DNA of 64,000 nucleotides from Amphiscolops sp. MND2022 (taxonomy: Eukaryota), in NCBI GenBank assembly GCA_964187785.1, contig OZ076410.1, positions 11,842,001 through 11,906,000 of the forward strand. The letters are read 5' to 3'. Numbering within the stretch: the first letter of the stretch is position 1; each line of letters opens with the position of its first letter. The notes below the pieces were generated by a model. That model made no database searches. It was not told where the DNA came from and worked only from the letters and a program-made list of their open reading frames with translations. The translations under genes and the position numbers were made by a program. Positions 32,049 through 42,219 of this stretch are shown here, piece after piece.

Positions 32049-32749
32049 CATTTAAACATTTTAGTACTTTAAATCTTTCCCGGCTAATGAGTTCTTGGCT
32101 GTAACATTTCGGGTAAAATGGGGTCGAAGTAGTCCAGCATTTTGAGATCGAGTCGTCCGTTGGAAAGCTTGATCATGAATATCTCTAATGATTTAATTGT
32201 CGAAAAACCATAAATTTGAAATAGTTTCGTTGAAAATTCCTTCAACGTAAAGTTCATAAACAAATCGGAAACTACATATATACATATAAATAATAACCAG
32301 TAACCGCAAAAATAGTTATTTAACTACAAATAGCTATTTTAACTATTCTCTGATTGTCTAAAAATAACTACTTCAATTATTTCAACATCGTGATGACATT
32401 CGAAAGCTATTTTTGGCACAGATGCAAAAGACAAATTTCAGGAAGTTTTGCGGAAAAATGAACAATTGGTCTATCTCCGCGGAAACAGTGAAAATGTGCC
32501 ATATGCACCAACAAGTAGTTCCGAAATTGAGAGACTGTTTAGTACAATGAAAGCTAAAGAGCTCAATGCACGCAATTTTACCAGTGAAAATTTGAAAAAC
32601 TTGCTTTTCTGAGATTGAAATGATTAACTCTTTTGACTTGATTTAACTATTTTTTTAAACTATTTTTACATTCAAAATTAACTATTTAGTTAACTATAGC
32701 GAGGTTCAAAATAACTATTTTTGCGGTTCATGATAATAACAATACGAAC

Positions 32750-33032
32750 ATGAAGGACTCCGACTGTGGCAATTGACAGTGGTCACTGCGACTGAGTCGA
32801 GGGCGGAGGTGGAACCATTGAACGATTTGAATGCACTTGAAGAGAGTCGCGACTTGCGACTGCCACCACTGCTGTTGGTAGCAGCAGGGGGGAAGAATAC
32901 GTTTGAGTCCGTGGAATCCTTCTTCTGCAGAGGACTACTTTTCCACGAGACACTCGAGGGGGGCTCAGTTTGGGAAGATACCACCTCATCTCCCGCATTT
33001 CGACATTGCACTTCTTCAAATGATGAGTTCTC
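32750..33032 (-). CDS. PLEKHA8: FAPP2-like exon 7 (Ser-rich linker)
   Basis: tttgcag|GAG; open frame; donor T|gttcgt chosen for phase, so the 3' boundary is uncertain. Confidence 0.65.
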
Positions 33033-33176
33033 CTGCAAATTCAATCAATGAAGCACAATGGTTCGAAGGATTCAAGATAAGGGTTCTGAGTAAAGAAACG
33101 ACGTTTTGATTAAACTATTGCTTTCACTTCTGAGATTAAAGGTCAAGTAATTACACCTTCTTTTTTAGTCGGCGCT

Positions 33177-33397
33177 TCATGAAGAGATATGAGGCGCTTG
33201 ACTATAATAGTGGCTTTTTCAGTCCATACTAACTGAACAAAATAGTTCTACAAAGTTTTAAGTGGGCCAAAGTGTACCAAAAGTGTGACACTTTTGGTAC
33301 ACTTTGGCCCCCTTAAAACTTTGTAGAACTATTTTGTTCAGTTAGTATGGACTGAAAAAGCCACTATTATAGTCAAGCGCCTCATATCTCTTCATGA
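33177..33397. repeat. 221-bp near-perfect palindrome (110-bp arms, 1-nt loop)
   Basis: Centred on 33287; one mismatch seen; arms derive from the 5' end of the HINE-like family. Confidence 0.9.
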
Positions 33398-33548
33398 CGG
33401 TGAACAATTCCAACGTTAAATTCAGAATGTAGTTATAAAATGTTGTTGAAGTATAGTTCGGGTATCGGTAACATATTGACAAACAAACCTGATTAGTTGT
33501 CGCTTTTTTTAATTGATATGAGTTGCTGCTATGCCTTTTTAAACATAC

Positions 33549-33716
33549 CATTTGAGGAATAGATCCATTTTGCTTCGATACATTCACAGAATTCGTCACC
33601 GTGGCGCTATGACCCAAGAGAGCTATCTTCGAATCCACCATCACACACAATTCATTCACTGTCATCAGGAATGCTTCGCAAGTCTCTTCGAACAAATTTC
33701 TGTTTTCTTTAAACAT
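33549..33716 (-). CDS. PLEKHA8: FAPP2-like exon 6
   Basis: tttcag|ATG, ATG|gtatgt; LFEETCEAFLMTVNE versus human LLKSTCNTFLKTLEE. Confidence 0.8.
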
Positions 33717-34340
33717 CTGAAACCATGTAGTCAGTGTTGACTAATATAAGGGATCCATTTAAAATCCGTTAAACGGATCCCTTAAATATTCCATTAATTA
33801 AATATACAAAAACCATTAATGGAATCCCTTTTATTTCACGTTAATTCCAACGTATGCATTACGCCGTTGAATTGGCTAGCGTATGTATAGACAGGTTTGC
33901 TAGATCAGTCCTCGGCATCTTGCCTTCGCCTGTCATCGCAGAGCGCATGTTTTCGAAGGCAAAGTTTCTGACTGAAAATTGACGTTTGCTATTGTTTTGT
34001 CTTTGTTCTGAAAATGAATAAATTCATTTTTCCAAGCCATTTTCATGGAAAAATCCATTTACTGGATCCCTTAAATTCAAGGTCTACCCGTTAAATGTTA
34101 AAGTTTCCGCTAAAAATTTAATTGGTCATCACTGCATGTTGTCAGGATCATACACGAATGATTTTATCTCGCCCACTGTTAATCAGTATCAGGATTGTTT
34201 TTTGATCAAATGAAAAAATTTTAATCATTTTCTTCCAATAAAAATTATTATAACCAAAGGTAAATTGATGAAACTTAGGACCAGAATGCAGAAAACTGAA
34301 CGCTTTTCAATTCCACATAAATTCAGAAGTTCCATGAGAA

Positions 34341-34690
34341 AACAAGTTTTTAGTCGGCGCCTTTTCCCTTAAGGAAAAAAGCCCGATTATTACAATGGGT
34401 AGTATTTTTCAGCCTACAATCTCACTCTGAATGGTCCACTTTTCTTACAATTCTTACAATCTTACAATTCTTTACAATTCTTACTTAGCTTACGAAGTAG
34501 TATTTTTGCATCATCTAAGAAACTCAACGGAGCCAAAGGGTACTCCCTTAAAGTATTTTCGGCATTGTGAGACTTTTTTCATTTTTTTTATAAAAGGGTC
34601 CCCAATTCACCAATACTTTGACATTTTGAAGTCCTTTTGCTATTTTTGAGCCTTAGATATGGCGCCGACTTGGGCCGTTCCCGGCTTGTT
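34341..34690 (+). mobile_element. Helentron/HINE-like repeat
   Basis: aacaagtttttagtcggcgcc...ggcgccgacttgggccgttcccggcttgtt. Confidence 0.6.
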
Positions 34691-35785
34691 GGATCTTGCC
34701 AACTCTGAATTGGTTTTAAATGAACCAAGCATAAAGTATCGAAAAGCGTTCCGATTGTACAGAGCTCGGAACGAAAATCAGAAACTGTTAGTAGTACATC
34801 AAAAGTGGCTAATTTTCCCTGGTTTTAATGAACATACAACCTTGTTCAGCATCTCACGAATATTCGGAAACGCAACTTGAGTTTAGAAAACACACAATTG
34901 CAGGCATGTAAAAATTACAATGAAATATTGACAATAAATTTTGTACACAATATATTTATTTTTTGTTCCAATGCATTTGTGCTTTAGGCCAATATATTCT
35001 GGTATTCGTTTTAATATTGACCAGTATTAACACAGATGTATTATTATGATCGTATACGCGAAATGAACAAATGAAAAACTCAATTTATGGGCCAACTACT
35101 ATGAAGTACTTAGATTTAGTTACTAGTCGTGCATAGAAATCGATTCAGGAAGATTGGTAAAAAAATGTTGATGGTTATAAATACATTCCAAGTAGTGTAC
35201 AAACCAAATTTTCGTTCGAACATAATATATTTTCCTCATACAATATATTTGGACAATATATTCAATATATTTATTGCTAGCCTGCAAACAACTAATTTTT
35301 TGTGAAACAATAAATGGAACTTTTTCCTCCCCCCCCCCACACTTTTCAAGATGATGTTTTTGCAATTAATTTTATCTCAATTGCGTTTCCAATGAAACAG
35401 TTCAGTTTCAAATTTATTCTCAGGGTGATAGTTCAGGATTCAGATACAAACTTTGTTCACACCTTTTCCCTATGTAGTTACGCATTTTTGATGAAGAAAT
35501 CAACAGCTTCCTGCTTTGAGTCATCAATAAACACTCAATAGGAACATAATTAGTCAAATTGTGTGAACAATGTTTTGTTCAAGCGGAAAACTACTCTAAT
35601 AGTGTGGAGACAACAAAACAAAGGAAAAGACTTATTCGAAGAAATATTGAATGATAGTCAAATATAATCCTTTATGTTGAGTTTTTCTTTAAAAAGTGTG
35701 TGTGTGTGTGTGGGGGGGGGGGGGGAAGGAAAAAGAGCCCAATAAATAACTGCATTTTTCACATCCCTGATTGCAGAGTACTAAC

Positions 35786-35883
35786 CGCAACATTTTCATC
35801 ACTTTCATCCATGACTGGCTTGGGGCGGTTAATGGATTGTGGTGAACATTCCTCTCTTTTCCCTCTCTCTTTATCTGGAGCAC
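35786..35883 (-). CDS. PLEKHA8: FAPP2-like exon 5
   Basis: gttttag|GT, GCG|gttagt; supplies the phase 1-to-0 bridge needed between exons 4 and 6. Confidence 0.65.
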
Positions 35884-36179
35884 CTAAAACAAACATATTC
35901 AATCATTTTCTCCCTCACCTGTTTTTCCCTCATTCATACATTTTGATACTGATCTTGAAATTGAGAATTGAAAACTTCACAAGTGACGGAAAATTTATAC
36001 CGAAACTCTAAAACAAGTTCAAATTATATTTTAGATTAGAGATGACGACGTTAGAGTACTTTAGGAAGACACTAACAGAGCAGCAGGTATAAAGAGCAGC
36101 CTTAAGAGTAACTGTCGGGATGAAGAATTTAGTGTCCGTCCGTCTGAAGGGATTATGAATCAAAAGGACTTTACAATTT

Positions 36180-37754
36180 TGTCGCACGCATGGGTGAAAT
36201 TTGTTTATTAGTTTTAATCTGTCAAGTCCTTGTTTGCATTTTACAAGGTACTATCTCGCGACGGTTCTGTTATTGATTTAACAAGTATAAGTCCCAACAA
36301 ATAAATTAGCAACTTACTGATAAAGGGGTGCCTTGCGTGTACGTGCGAACAAAGGAAATTGCGTGAGTCGCGCAAGGCGGTGTTTGTAAATGAGCTTCCC
36401 GTTTACTGAAAATGTATGGTGAATAAATATGTTTAATTACGAATGAGTTGAGAATATTGAAAGTGAACAATTTCTGGACATAGCAATATTTCTTTCAATT
36501 GTTACAAATCTCAGATTAATAAAGATTACAACTTCACTTTACAAGAAGAAGTAATATAACTTTTACAATTTATCATTTAAGAAAATGAAACTATTTACAA
36601 ATAATAAGAATTTCCCTTTTTCTTCGGAAATTTTTTTCTCAAACAAAATTTAAAAATCCGTACTATTTTAAACGGAAGAGTTTTGATTTAGATGTCTCTA
36701 TTCAGTAGAAAGTTGAATAGCATTAAGACTTTTTCATAATATGACACTTTAAAACTTCAATCATCCCTTTTCTTATGTGAGTTTATGTAACTTCAACCTC
36801 ATAGAAATTTAGTTCTAATAAGAATAGTCTAAGCTAAAGTTTGGTCAACCGCAGAATTGAAATCAGCGGAAAATAGTCTAAGTTAAGGTTTTGGAAACCG
36901 CCGAGTTTAAATCAGCGGAAAATAGTCTAAGTTAAAGTTTTGGAAACCGCCGAGTTTAAATCAGCGGAAAATAGTCTAAGTTAAAGTCTCAGAGAGAGTG
37001 AAATCTCTACTGAAAGGTCTAAATAGTCAGACTCACCAAACCGGAGACGAAATTGAAGAGAAATTTCTAAGTTAGAAATTTCTTGTAAGGGAAGATTGGT
37101 TCTGGAAGTTGAAGTTAAATCAAGGATGAGTGGAGAAATATTCCAAGATGCAAGGGTATGATCAAAAGAGAATTATTGGATCTGAGTTATTAAGCAAGAA
37201 GTTTTGTTGAGTTAAATAGAAATCGGAATTGAAAGTGAAGGCGAGAAATAGACTTTCTAAGTCTGAAGGGGAAGATAATAGTAAAGGGAGAGGAAAGGGG
37301 GTAAAGTAAGAAAGAAGAGCAGGGGTGAGGGGAGAGAAGTGGAAGAGAAGAGAAGAGAAACGAGAGCTATTAAGTTTAAGCTCTGTCCGTTTCGATAAGT
37401 GAATGAATCTCCTCGCCTGCGTTGGCCGTATATATACAGCCAAGCATTTCTTATCGTGTGCTGCGTAGCAGGCATGGTTTACATGCCACCAATCATAGCT
37501 GTTTTCGTATTTCAAATATACGCGGTATAATATAGAATTCTTCACTTGTGCAATTCCTTTCTCGTCACAGTACTTCATCATCATTATTTCCACGTTATGG
37601 CCGCCGCCTTATGGCCGCCATCTTTATCTACAACTCTCTCCCCCATAAACAAACGTTAGTTCTAGTTCATGTTTGTTTCTGTATTTGTTAGTTAAATATA
37701 GACTGCACTTTAGCACCTAATTATGTTTGTTAAAGCGTTAGTCATAACGCGACA
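36180..37754 (-). repeat. Element 2 3' LTR (1575 bp)
   Basis: Direct repeat of 52316-53890 at offset 16136; one substitution seen (36653/52789). TATATATA at 37429-37436; AATAAA on the minus strand at 36204-36209. Confidence 0.96.
36823..36987 (-). repeat. 3.3 x 49-bp tandem repeats in element 2 LTR, each with a stem-loop (also 52959-53123)
   Basis: Units start at 36823, 36872, 36921, 36970; the minus strand forms CCGCUGA-UUUAAAC-UCGGCGG. Confidence 0.85.
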
Positions 37755-37790
37755 GCTCACCCCCTGGCAGGGTGAAAGAAAATAAATGAG

Positions 37791-38723
37791 TTATGGGTCA
37801 GACTGAAAGGAGGGGGAGTTATGTAGCGCGAGTGACTTAGGGGAAGGTTCTTTAAATTTGATTCTAAATATTATAGAGTCATTGTTTAGGAATGCTTCTC
37901 TGAAGTTGACAAGTAACTTCGTATGAGGGATGAAGTCTTCTTTGAGGAGGTTCGGGTGCGTGTAGAGATTGTGAAGGGTATCTTCGTGGTTGTGGGGGTT
38001 GATTGGGAAAAGTGTGGACCACTTGTTGCCTTCGTCCTTCTGATCAAGGATTTCGACTTCTACTGTTTTATCAAAGGGCCATGTTTGTGGGTGAGTGAAG
38101 TCGCTATAATGAAGTTCACAGCTAATAGAAGAGTGGGTCCCACGGAAGATGTTTATCCCGTAAGGGAATATTCTGAAGGAAATTTTGCAGCCTGATAGGT
38201 ATGTTGGGTAAATAGGGCTCGCGAAGCTGTTTTTGATGTTGTGAAACGGATCGTCTGGAGAGGTCCTTGCTTTTCGGTAAAGTGTGGAGAAGGCGGAAAC
38301 TTGCCAAGTGATAAAATCTTTACCGTTCTCTTCAATCTGGCTGCTGAGGAGGGAGCTTTGGTGTTTGATTGTCGCTCGAAAATCGAAGATAGTGACTTCC
38401 AATTGTTGACGTTTATCTCGTGCCTCTTCGATTGAGGTACATAGCAGTTTGATTCGGTTTTCTAACTTCTTTTGGGGTTGATTAATGTCCGTTAAAGGGA
38501 AGGACTTTCGAAGCGGTGTGCTTTTTGTTCCCTGGTTATAGGTACTAGTTGATTTCTCCCATTCACTAATCCACATATTTAGTCTTTCCACTCCTTCGAG
38601 GTTTGCATGTTCTTCTTGATCGTTTTCTTCAGGCATGGGTGGCCAGTCGGGGTTAGGGTTCGGTAGGTAGGGGTTGTGTTTTGGGATGAAGGGGGTGGCA
38701 TGTGGGTTTAATTTTTGGCTCAT
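37791..38723 (-). CDS. PAM2 motif - coiled coil - TRAF-C/MATH domain protein (310 aa), element 2 accessory gene
   Basis: N-terminal SQKLNPHATPFIP (PAM2 LNxxAxxFxP); coiled coil; FITWQVSAF...SPIYPTYLSGCKISFRIFPYG...GTHSS...WPFDKTVEVEILDQ...FLNNDSIIFRIKF parallels TRAF-C (SPPFYT..GYK.CLR.Y.NG...GTHLS...WPF...VT..LLDQ). No RING or zinc fingers. Confidence 0.85.
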   Translation of the reverse strand: MSQKLNPHATPFIPKHNPYLPNPNPDWPPMPEENDQEEHANLEGVERLNMWISEWEKSTSTYNQGTKSTPLRKSFPLTDINQPQKKLENRIKLLCTSIEEARDKRQQLEVTIFDFRATIKHQSSLLSSQIEENGKDFITWQVSAFSTLYRKARTSPDDPFHNIKNSFASPIYPTYLSGCKISFRIFPYGINIFRGTHSSISCELHYSDFTHPQTWPFDKTVEVEILDQKDEGNKWSTLFPINPHNHEDTLHNLYTHPNLLKEDFIPHTKLLVNFREAFLNNDSIIFRIKFKEPSPKSLALHNSPSFQSDP

Positions 38724-39301
38724 TGTGCAGATATGGATCTTAAGGGAACTGTCAGCCGCTGTCCCTTCAGTGCAGGGTTCTCAATAGTGCATTCTTGTCT
38801 TTTGTTGTCCCAAAAGACGATTTTCCAGGTTGAAAACTGTGGGAGTAGAGAATACTTTAGGTTCGCGTTAAATCTAGGTTTTTTAACGTATCTGGCTCTT
38901 CTAGTGAAGTATTCCCTTTTATGTTGCTTCTGTAAGGGTGCTTCATCGGCTATCTTGTTGTTCCATTCATAATAGTGTTTTTGTGGTGTGTTTCTTCTGA
39001 TGTCCTTTCCACCAAATCTAGGAGGATGTTGTGCGGACGGGATTGGTGGTATTTCTCCTGTGAATGACAAAGGAAAGGGGAGTTGGTCGGATGGCGTAGG
39101 TGTGAAAGTTGGAGTTGGAGATTTTGAGGGTGATGAAGGGACCGTTGAGTCAGGAGGGTCTGGAAGAAAGGTAATTGTTGTAGACGAGTCTGGTGTCAAA
39201 AAGTCTGAAGGAGATAGTGGTTCGATTTCTAGGTCACTTTCTGGGATAGGATCCAGGGTATCGTCGTCCAGGCTTGGTAGGTCGAATAGTGGTTCTAGAT
39301 T
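38720..39301 (-). CDS. ATG-less 193-codon exon: acidic/Pro-rich N-part, Arg/Lys-rich segment, small beta-rich C-part
   Basis: The frame opens exactly at tttattagtttacttttag|AAT (39301); no in-frame ATG; its stop overlaps the TRAF ATG (ATGA). Confidence 0.7.
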   Translation of the reverse strand, partial: NLEPLFDLPSLDDDTLDPIPESDLEIEPLSPSDFLTPDSSTTITFLPDPPDSTVPSSPSKSPTPTFTPTPSDQLPFPLSFTGEIPPIPSAQHPPRFGGKDIRRNTPQKHYYEWNNKIADEAPLQKQHKREYFTRRARYVKKPRFNANLKYSLLPQFSTWKIVFWDNKRQECTIENPALKGQRLTVPLRSISAQ

Positions 39302-39347
39302 CTAAAAGTAAACTAATAAATGAATGAACTTGAAAATGTTTTTGGCT

Positions 39348-41495
39348 TTATATTGGAGCTACGAAGCTCTGTACTGAGGGATAAAGTGATTCTTCCTTTT
39401 TCTTCAGTGCTTGGAGTTCTACTTCTTTTCCATTATCTTCAATTTTCGCGTTTTTATCTTCAACGCTATCCTCGTAAGGGGCCCGCGGGGTGAATACAGA
39501 AGTTAAAACTGAGGTAAAGAAAAGATTGTACGAAGCACTGAGCAATGTTTTAGTGAAGCTCAGTGTATTACCTGTAAGGTGACGAAGTTCAAAGTATCGG
39601 AAGACGAGTACCGTGATATCTATTACGAACTTAATGAAAAGAAAGGCGCCAAAATACGCGCCGCAAAGTTCTAGTACGTAAGATATACTTCCGAATGTTT
39701 CAAGGAACTGATTTTTGAAGTAACCGGGTGATATCATGCCGTCAACATAAAAATCGGTACGGGGTGCATAATACGCGAATGATTCGGGTCCACTATGGGC
39801 CATTGAGGGTGTGATGAGCTCTCGTGAGAACTTCTGGAGGGCGTTGCGAGACGCTGCGCTGATGAGGATTTTGTCCCAAAATTCTGAGAGTTGTTTAGGC
39901 GTGTACATTCCCGCGTCTTGTGAACCAGGGAAGGATCTAGTAATCATTGGTTGTATGTCTTTGGGTCCGAAGATAGCAGGTCGGTCGCGATGTTCGGGTG
40001 AAGGAGTGAGGGTAAACCAGGAGTCTTTGTCTTCCATATCCAATTGAAAGAGGTTCTTAATGCGATCGCTGCAATTTTGGGCGTTCGCGTTAGGATAGGT
40101 CTGTCGGGTGATTGGGTCCACGAAGGCAACCACTCCTTTGTAGAAGATGGGTATGCGGTCGTAGCATCGGTTCATCGTGTGAAGAGGTGAGTGGGATTCC
40201 GGACAGTGGTAGAGCCATGCGAGGCTGCCATCTGTGTTCAGGAACATAGAGCGATTTCCCGTGAGCATGTATCCGGCGAGGCGAGGATTTTCCATTGATA
40301 ACATCAAGATAGTGAGGATTTGAGTTCGTTCTTGTTCACATTGAGCTTTGAGGAGTTGGATTTCTGAGGCTTCGAGGAGACGAGTGCTCTCAAAGAAGAG
40401 ATAATCAAGCTTTGTCCCTTGGTGTAACTCGTAATCCATGTTGAGGTAATGAGGTGTATTAGGGTTGGGGTCGCTCGGGCCTCGAAAGAGGTGGAGTCGG
40501 CCATTACCAGAACCATCTTCGGGTGAATAGTATTGTAGTTTAGATGTCTCTCCCATGGAGATGCCGAGTCGTCTGCCGGACGTCATGTCGAAGCCAGCAA
40601 GTTGGATTGAAACGTACAGGGATTCGTAGTTGGTCGGGTATACATCGTCTGGTTTGTTGCAATACTTTTGTGGTCTGTTGTAGACTTCGAATAAAAATTT
40701 GGTAGTGGAGTCGTTGCCGCTTACGATATAATAGTTAGATCCGTGTTTGATCATGTTCACGATTTCTTTCCTATGTACTGCAAGCACGCAATTATCGGGC
40801 TCCGCCCATGTGTAGGCGTATGGGTCCAGTGACGTCGTTTCGCAACCTAGTTGTTCTAAGGGGCAGGGAAGGACCATCTGAAACGGAGTCAGGACTTTTC
40901 CATCTCGAGTTTTGACTGATAATTCAGCATCTTGGATGTGAGATTCGAATGTTTCTCTTTTGATCCAGCCACCTGTCTTGCATTCATTTCGGGTATCTGG
41001 GTCGCGTACACCGTCCCAACTCTTTCCGTATTTGGCGTTTCTCGTCTGTACTTGTTTCACTCCTTTCTTAAATTTGAGGGGTTGTCCATGGATTATGACT
41101 TCTTTGCCTTCACCCATTGCCTTGCAGGTTTCGGGTGACAGGGAAAGATCGCTGGTGATTCCGTCGTGTAGGATTGACATACTGGAGTGGTCGTGATAAC
41201 CACTATGCCATTCTTCACTCTGATGTTTCACACGGCACATAGTGGCGTTGATAGTGCGGCGGAAATGTTTAGTGTATAACGTTACGCTCGCACGACTTAC
41301 CTCTAAGTTTTCAGGTGCCACATTGCATTGTTCAACTTGATTCAATGCGTAGAGTTTATTTTGGGTCATTTCGCCGCAGTCGAAATGAGTTACTCGCAGT
41401 TTTTTAGCAACGCTAGCGAGGTTTGGCGTTGGACGTTGTAATATCACAACGGGCGCGTAATGGGCGCATAAAAAGAGTAAGTAAAATAATTTCAT
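39348..41495 (-). CDS. env: Element 2 envelope glycoprotein, class III (chuvirus G / herpes gB-like) (715 aa)
   Basis: Signal peptide; THFDC...YALNQVEQC, CRVK..EWHSGYHDH, CPLEQLGCETT...YTW.EPDNC, QCEQER cysteine pattern; C-terminal TM; acceptor aatttcag|aaATG directly upstream. Confidence 0.78.
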   Translation of the reverse strand: MKLFYLLFLCAHYAPVVILQRPTPNLASVAKKLRVTHFDCGEMTQNKLYALNQVEQCNVAPENLEVSRASVTLYTKHFRRTINATMCRVKHQSEEWHSGYHDHSSMSILHDGITSDLSLSPETCKAMGEGKEVIIHGQPLKFKKGVKQVQTRNAKYGKSWDGVRDPDTRNECKTGGWIKRETFESHIQDAELSVKTRDGKVLTPFQMVLPCPLEQLGCETTSLDPYAYTWAEPDNCVLAVHRKEIVNMIKHGSNYYIVSGNDSTTKFLFEVYNRPQKYCNKPDDVYPTNYESLYVSIQLAGFDMTSGRRLGISMGETSKLQYYSPEDGSGNGRLHLFRGPSDPNPNTPHYLNMDYELHQGTKLDYLFFESTRLLEASEIQLLKAQCEQERTQILTILMLSMENPRLAGYMLTGNRSMFLNTDGSLAWLYHCPESHSPLHTMNRCYDRIPIFYKGVVAFVDPITRQTYPNANAQNCSDRIKNLFQLDMEDKDSWFTLTPSPEHRDRPAIFGPKDIQPMITRSFPGSQDAGMYTPKQLSEFWDKILISAASRNALQKFSRELITPSMAHSGPESFAYYAPRTDFYVDGMISPGYFKNQFLETFGSISYVLELCGAYFGAFLFIKFVIDITVLVFRYFELRHLTGNTLSFTKTLLSASYNLFFTSVLTSVFTPRAPYEDSVEDKNAKIEDNGKEVELQALKKKEESLYPSVQSFVAPI

Positions 41496-41562
41496 TTCTG
41501 AAATTCTTCAGTCTTTGACAATCAATCAGGAAAAATGTTTTTTATAGATATGTGGATCCTCG

Positions 41563-41817
41563 GTAAGGCCGTAAAAAGGCAAGCCGTAATATCAAACCGG
41601 CAGCTTAGCTGGCACGACACTAAGCGGAGGTTAAAATTTTATAGTAGTAACCTCACTACTATTGGAAAGTGCCTTATGGAAAGATTTCTGTTTTTGTTTA
41701 AAGTATAGGATCCGGAGTAAGGCCGTAAAAAGGCAAGCCGTAATATCAAACCGGCAGCTTAGCTGGCACGACACTAAGCGGAGGTTAAAATTTTATAGTA
41801 GTAACCTCACTACTATT
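41563..41817 (-). repeat. Two identical 101-bp direct repeats (41563-41663, 41717-41817) with H-type pseudoknot and hairpins
   Basis: Minus strand AUAGUAG-U-GAGGUUA-CUACUAU-AAAAUUU-UAACCUC, followed by GCUUAG/CUAAGC and GCCG/CGGC hairpins. Confidence 0.85.
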
Positions 41818-41874
41818 CAAAGAGTGCCCGAAGAAAAATAGTAAAAGAAACTAACTTCAACCATTTATGAAGGT

Positions 41875-42219
41875 TCAGCTGTAGTTATCACTGATTGATT
41901 TTAGACTGGGAGAGTGTTTGTTACGTCCCTGAGCGTCGAGAAAATCGATTAACTTGCTGAGGAGATGAAGGGTCAGAGGGTGAACGTGATCTAAGTAAGC
42001 GATCTGCCTGTATTCGGTTAGCGCCTTCGCAAGATCTGCTGCTTCTGTCGAGTCTGTGGCGACAGGGATGAGCCAATGTCCCGTTTGATGTGGTCGGAGG
42101 CTGTGGAGTTCAATCTGAAGTGCGGGGGCGCTCTCTTTCCAGGCTATAGAGAGGATCTCAAGAAGTGTGTTTGTTTCCGGGTGACGCCAGAGGAATTTGA
42201 GTTGTATTTTAAACATCAT
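41875..42219 (-). CDS. Element 2 small accessory ORF D (114 aa from ATG)
   Basis: ATG overlaps the end of ORF C by 11 nt; shares a motif with ORFs A-C. Confidence 0.65.
   Translation of the reverse strand: MMFKIQLKFLWRHPETNTLLEILSIAWKESAPALQIELHSLRPHQTGHWLIPVATDSTEAADLAKALTEYRQIAYLDHVHPLTLHLLSKLIDFLDAQGRNKHSPSLKSISDNYS

Noticed and set aside
36060-36150. Candidate FAPP2 exon after cccttcag| near 36147
   Set aside because: No donor gives the required phase, whereas 35786-35883 fits both phases with better splice sites.
36823-36987. CRISPR-like appearance of the 49-bp and 101-bp repeats
   Set aside because: No unique spacers, no cas genes, and a eukaryotic context.
37162-37593. 143-aa ORF in both element 2 LTRs
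   Set aside because: Starts at GTG, runs across the putative TATA/Inr, and its second half is translated pyrimidine-rich low-complexity sequence.
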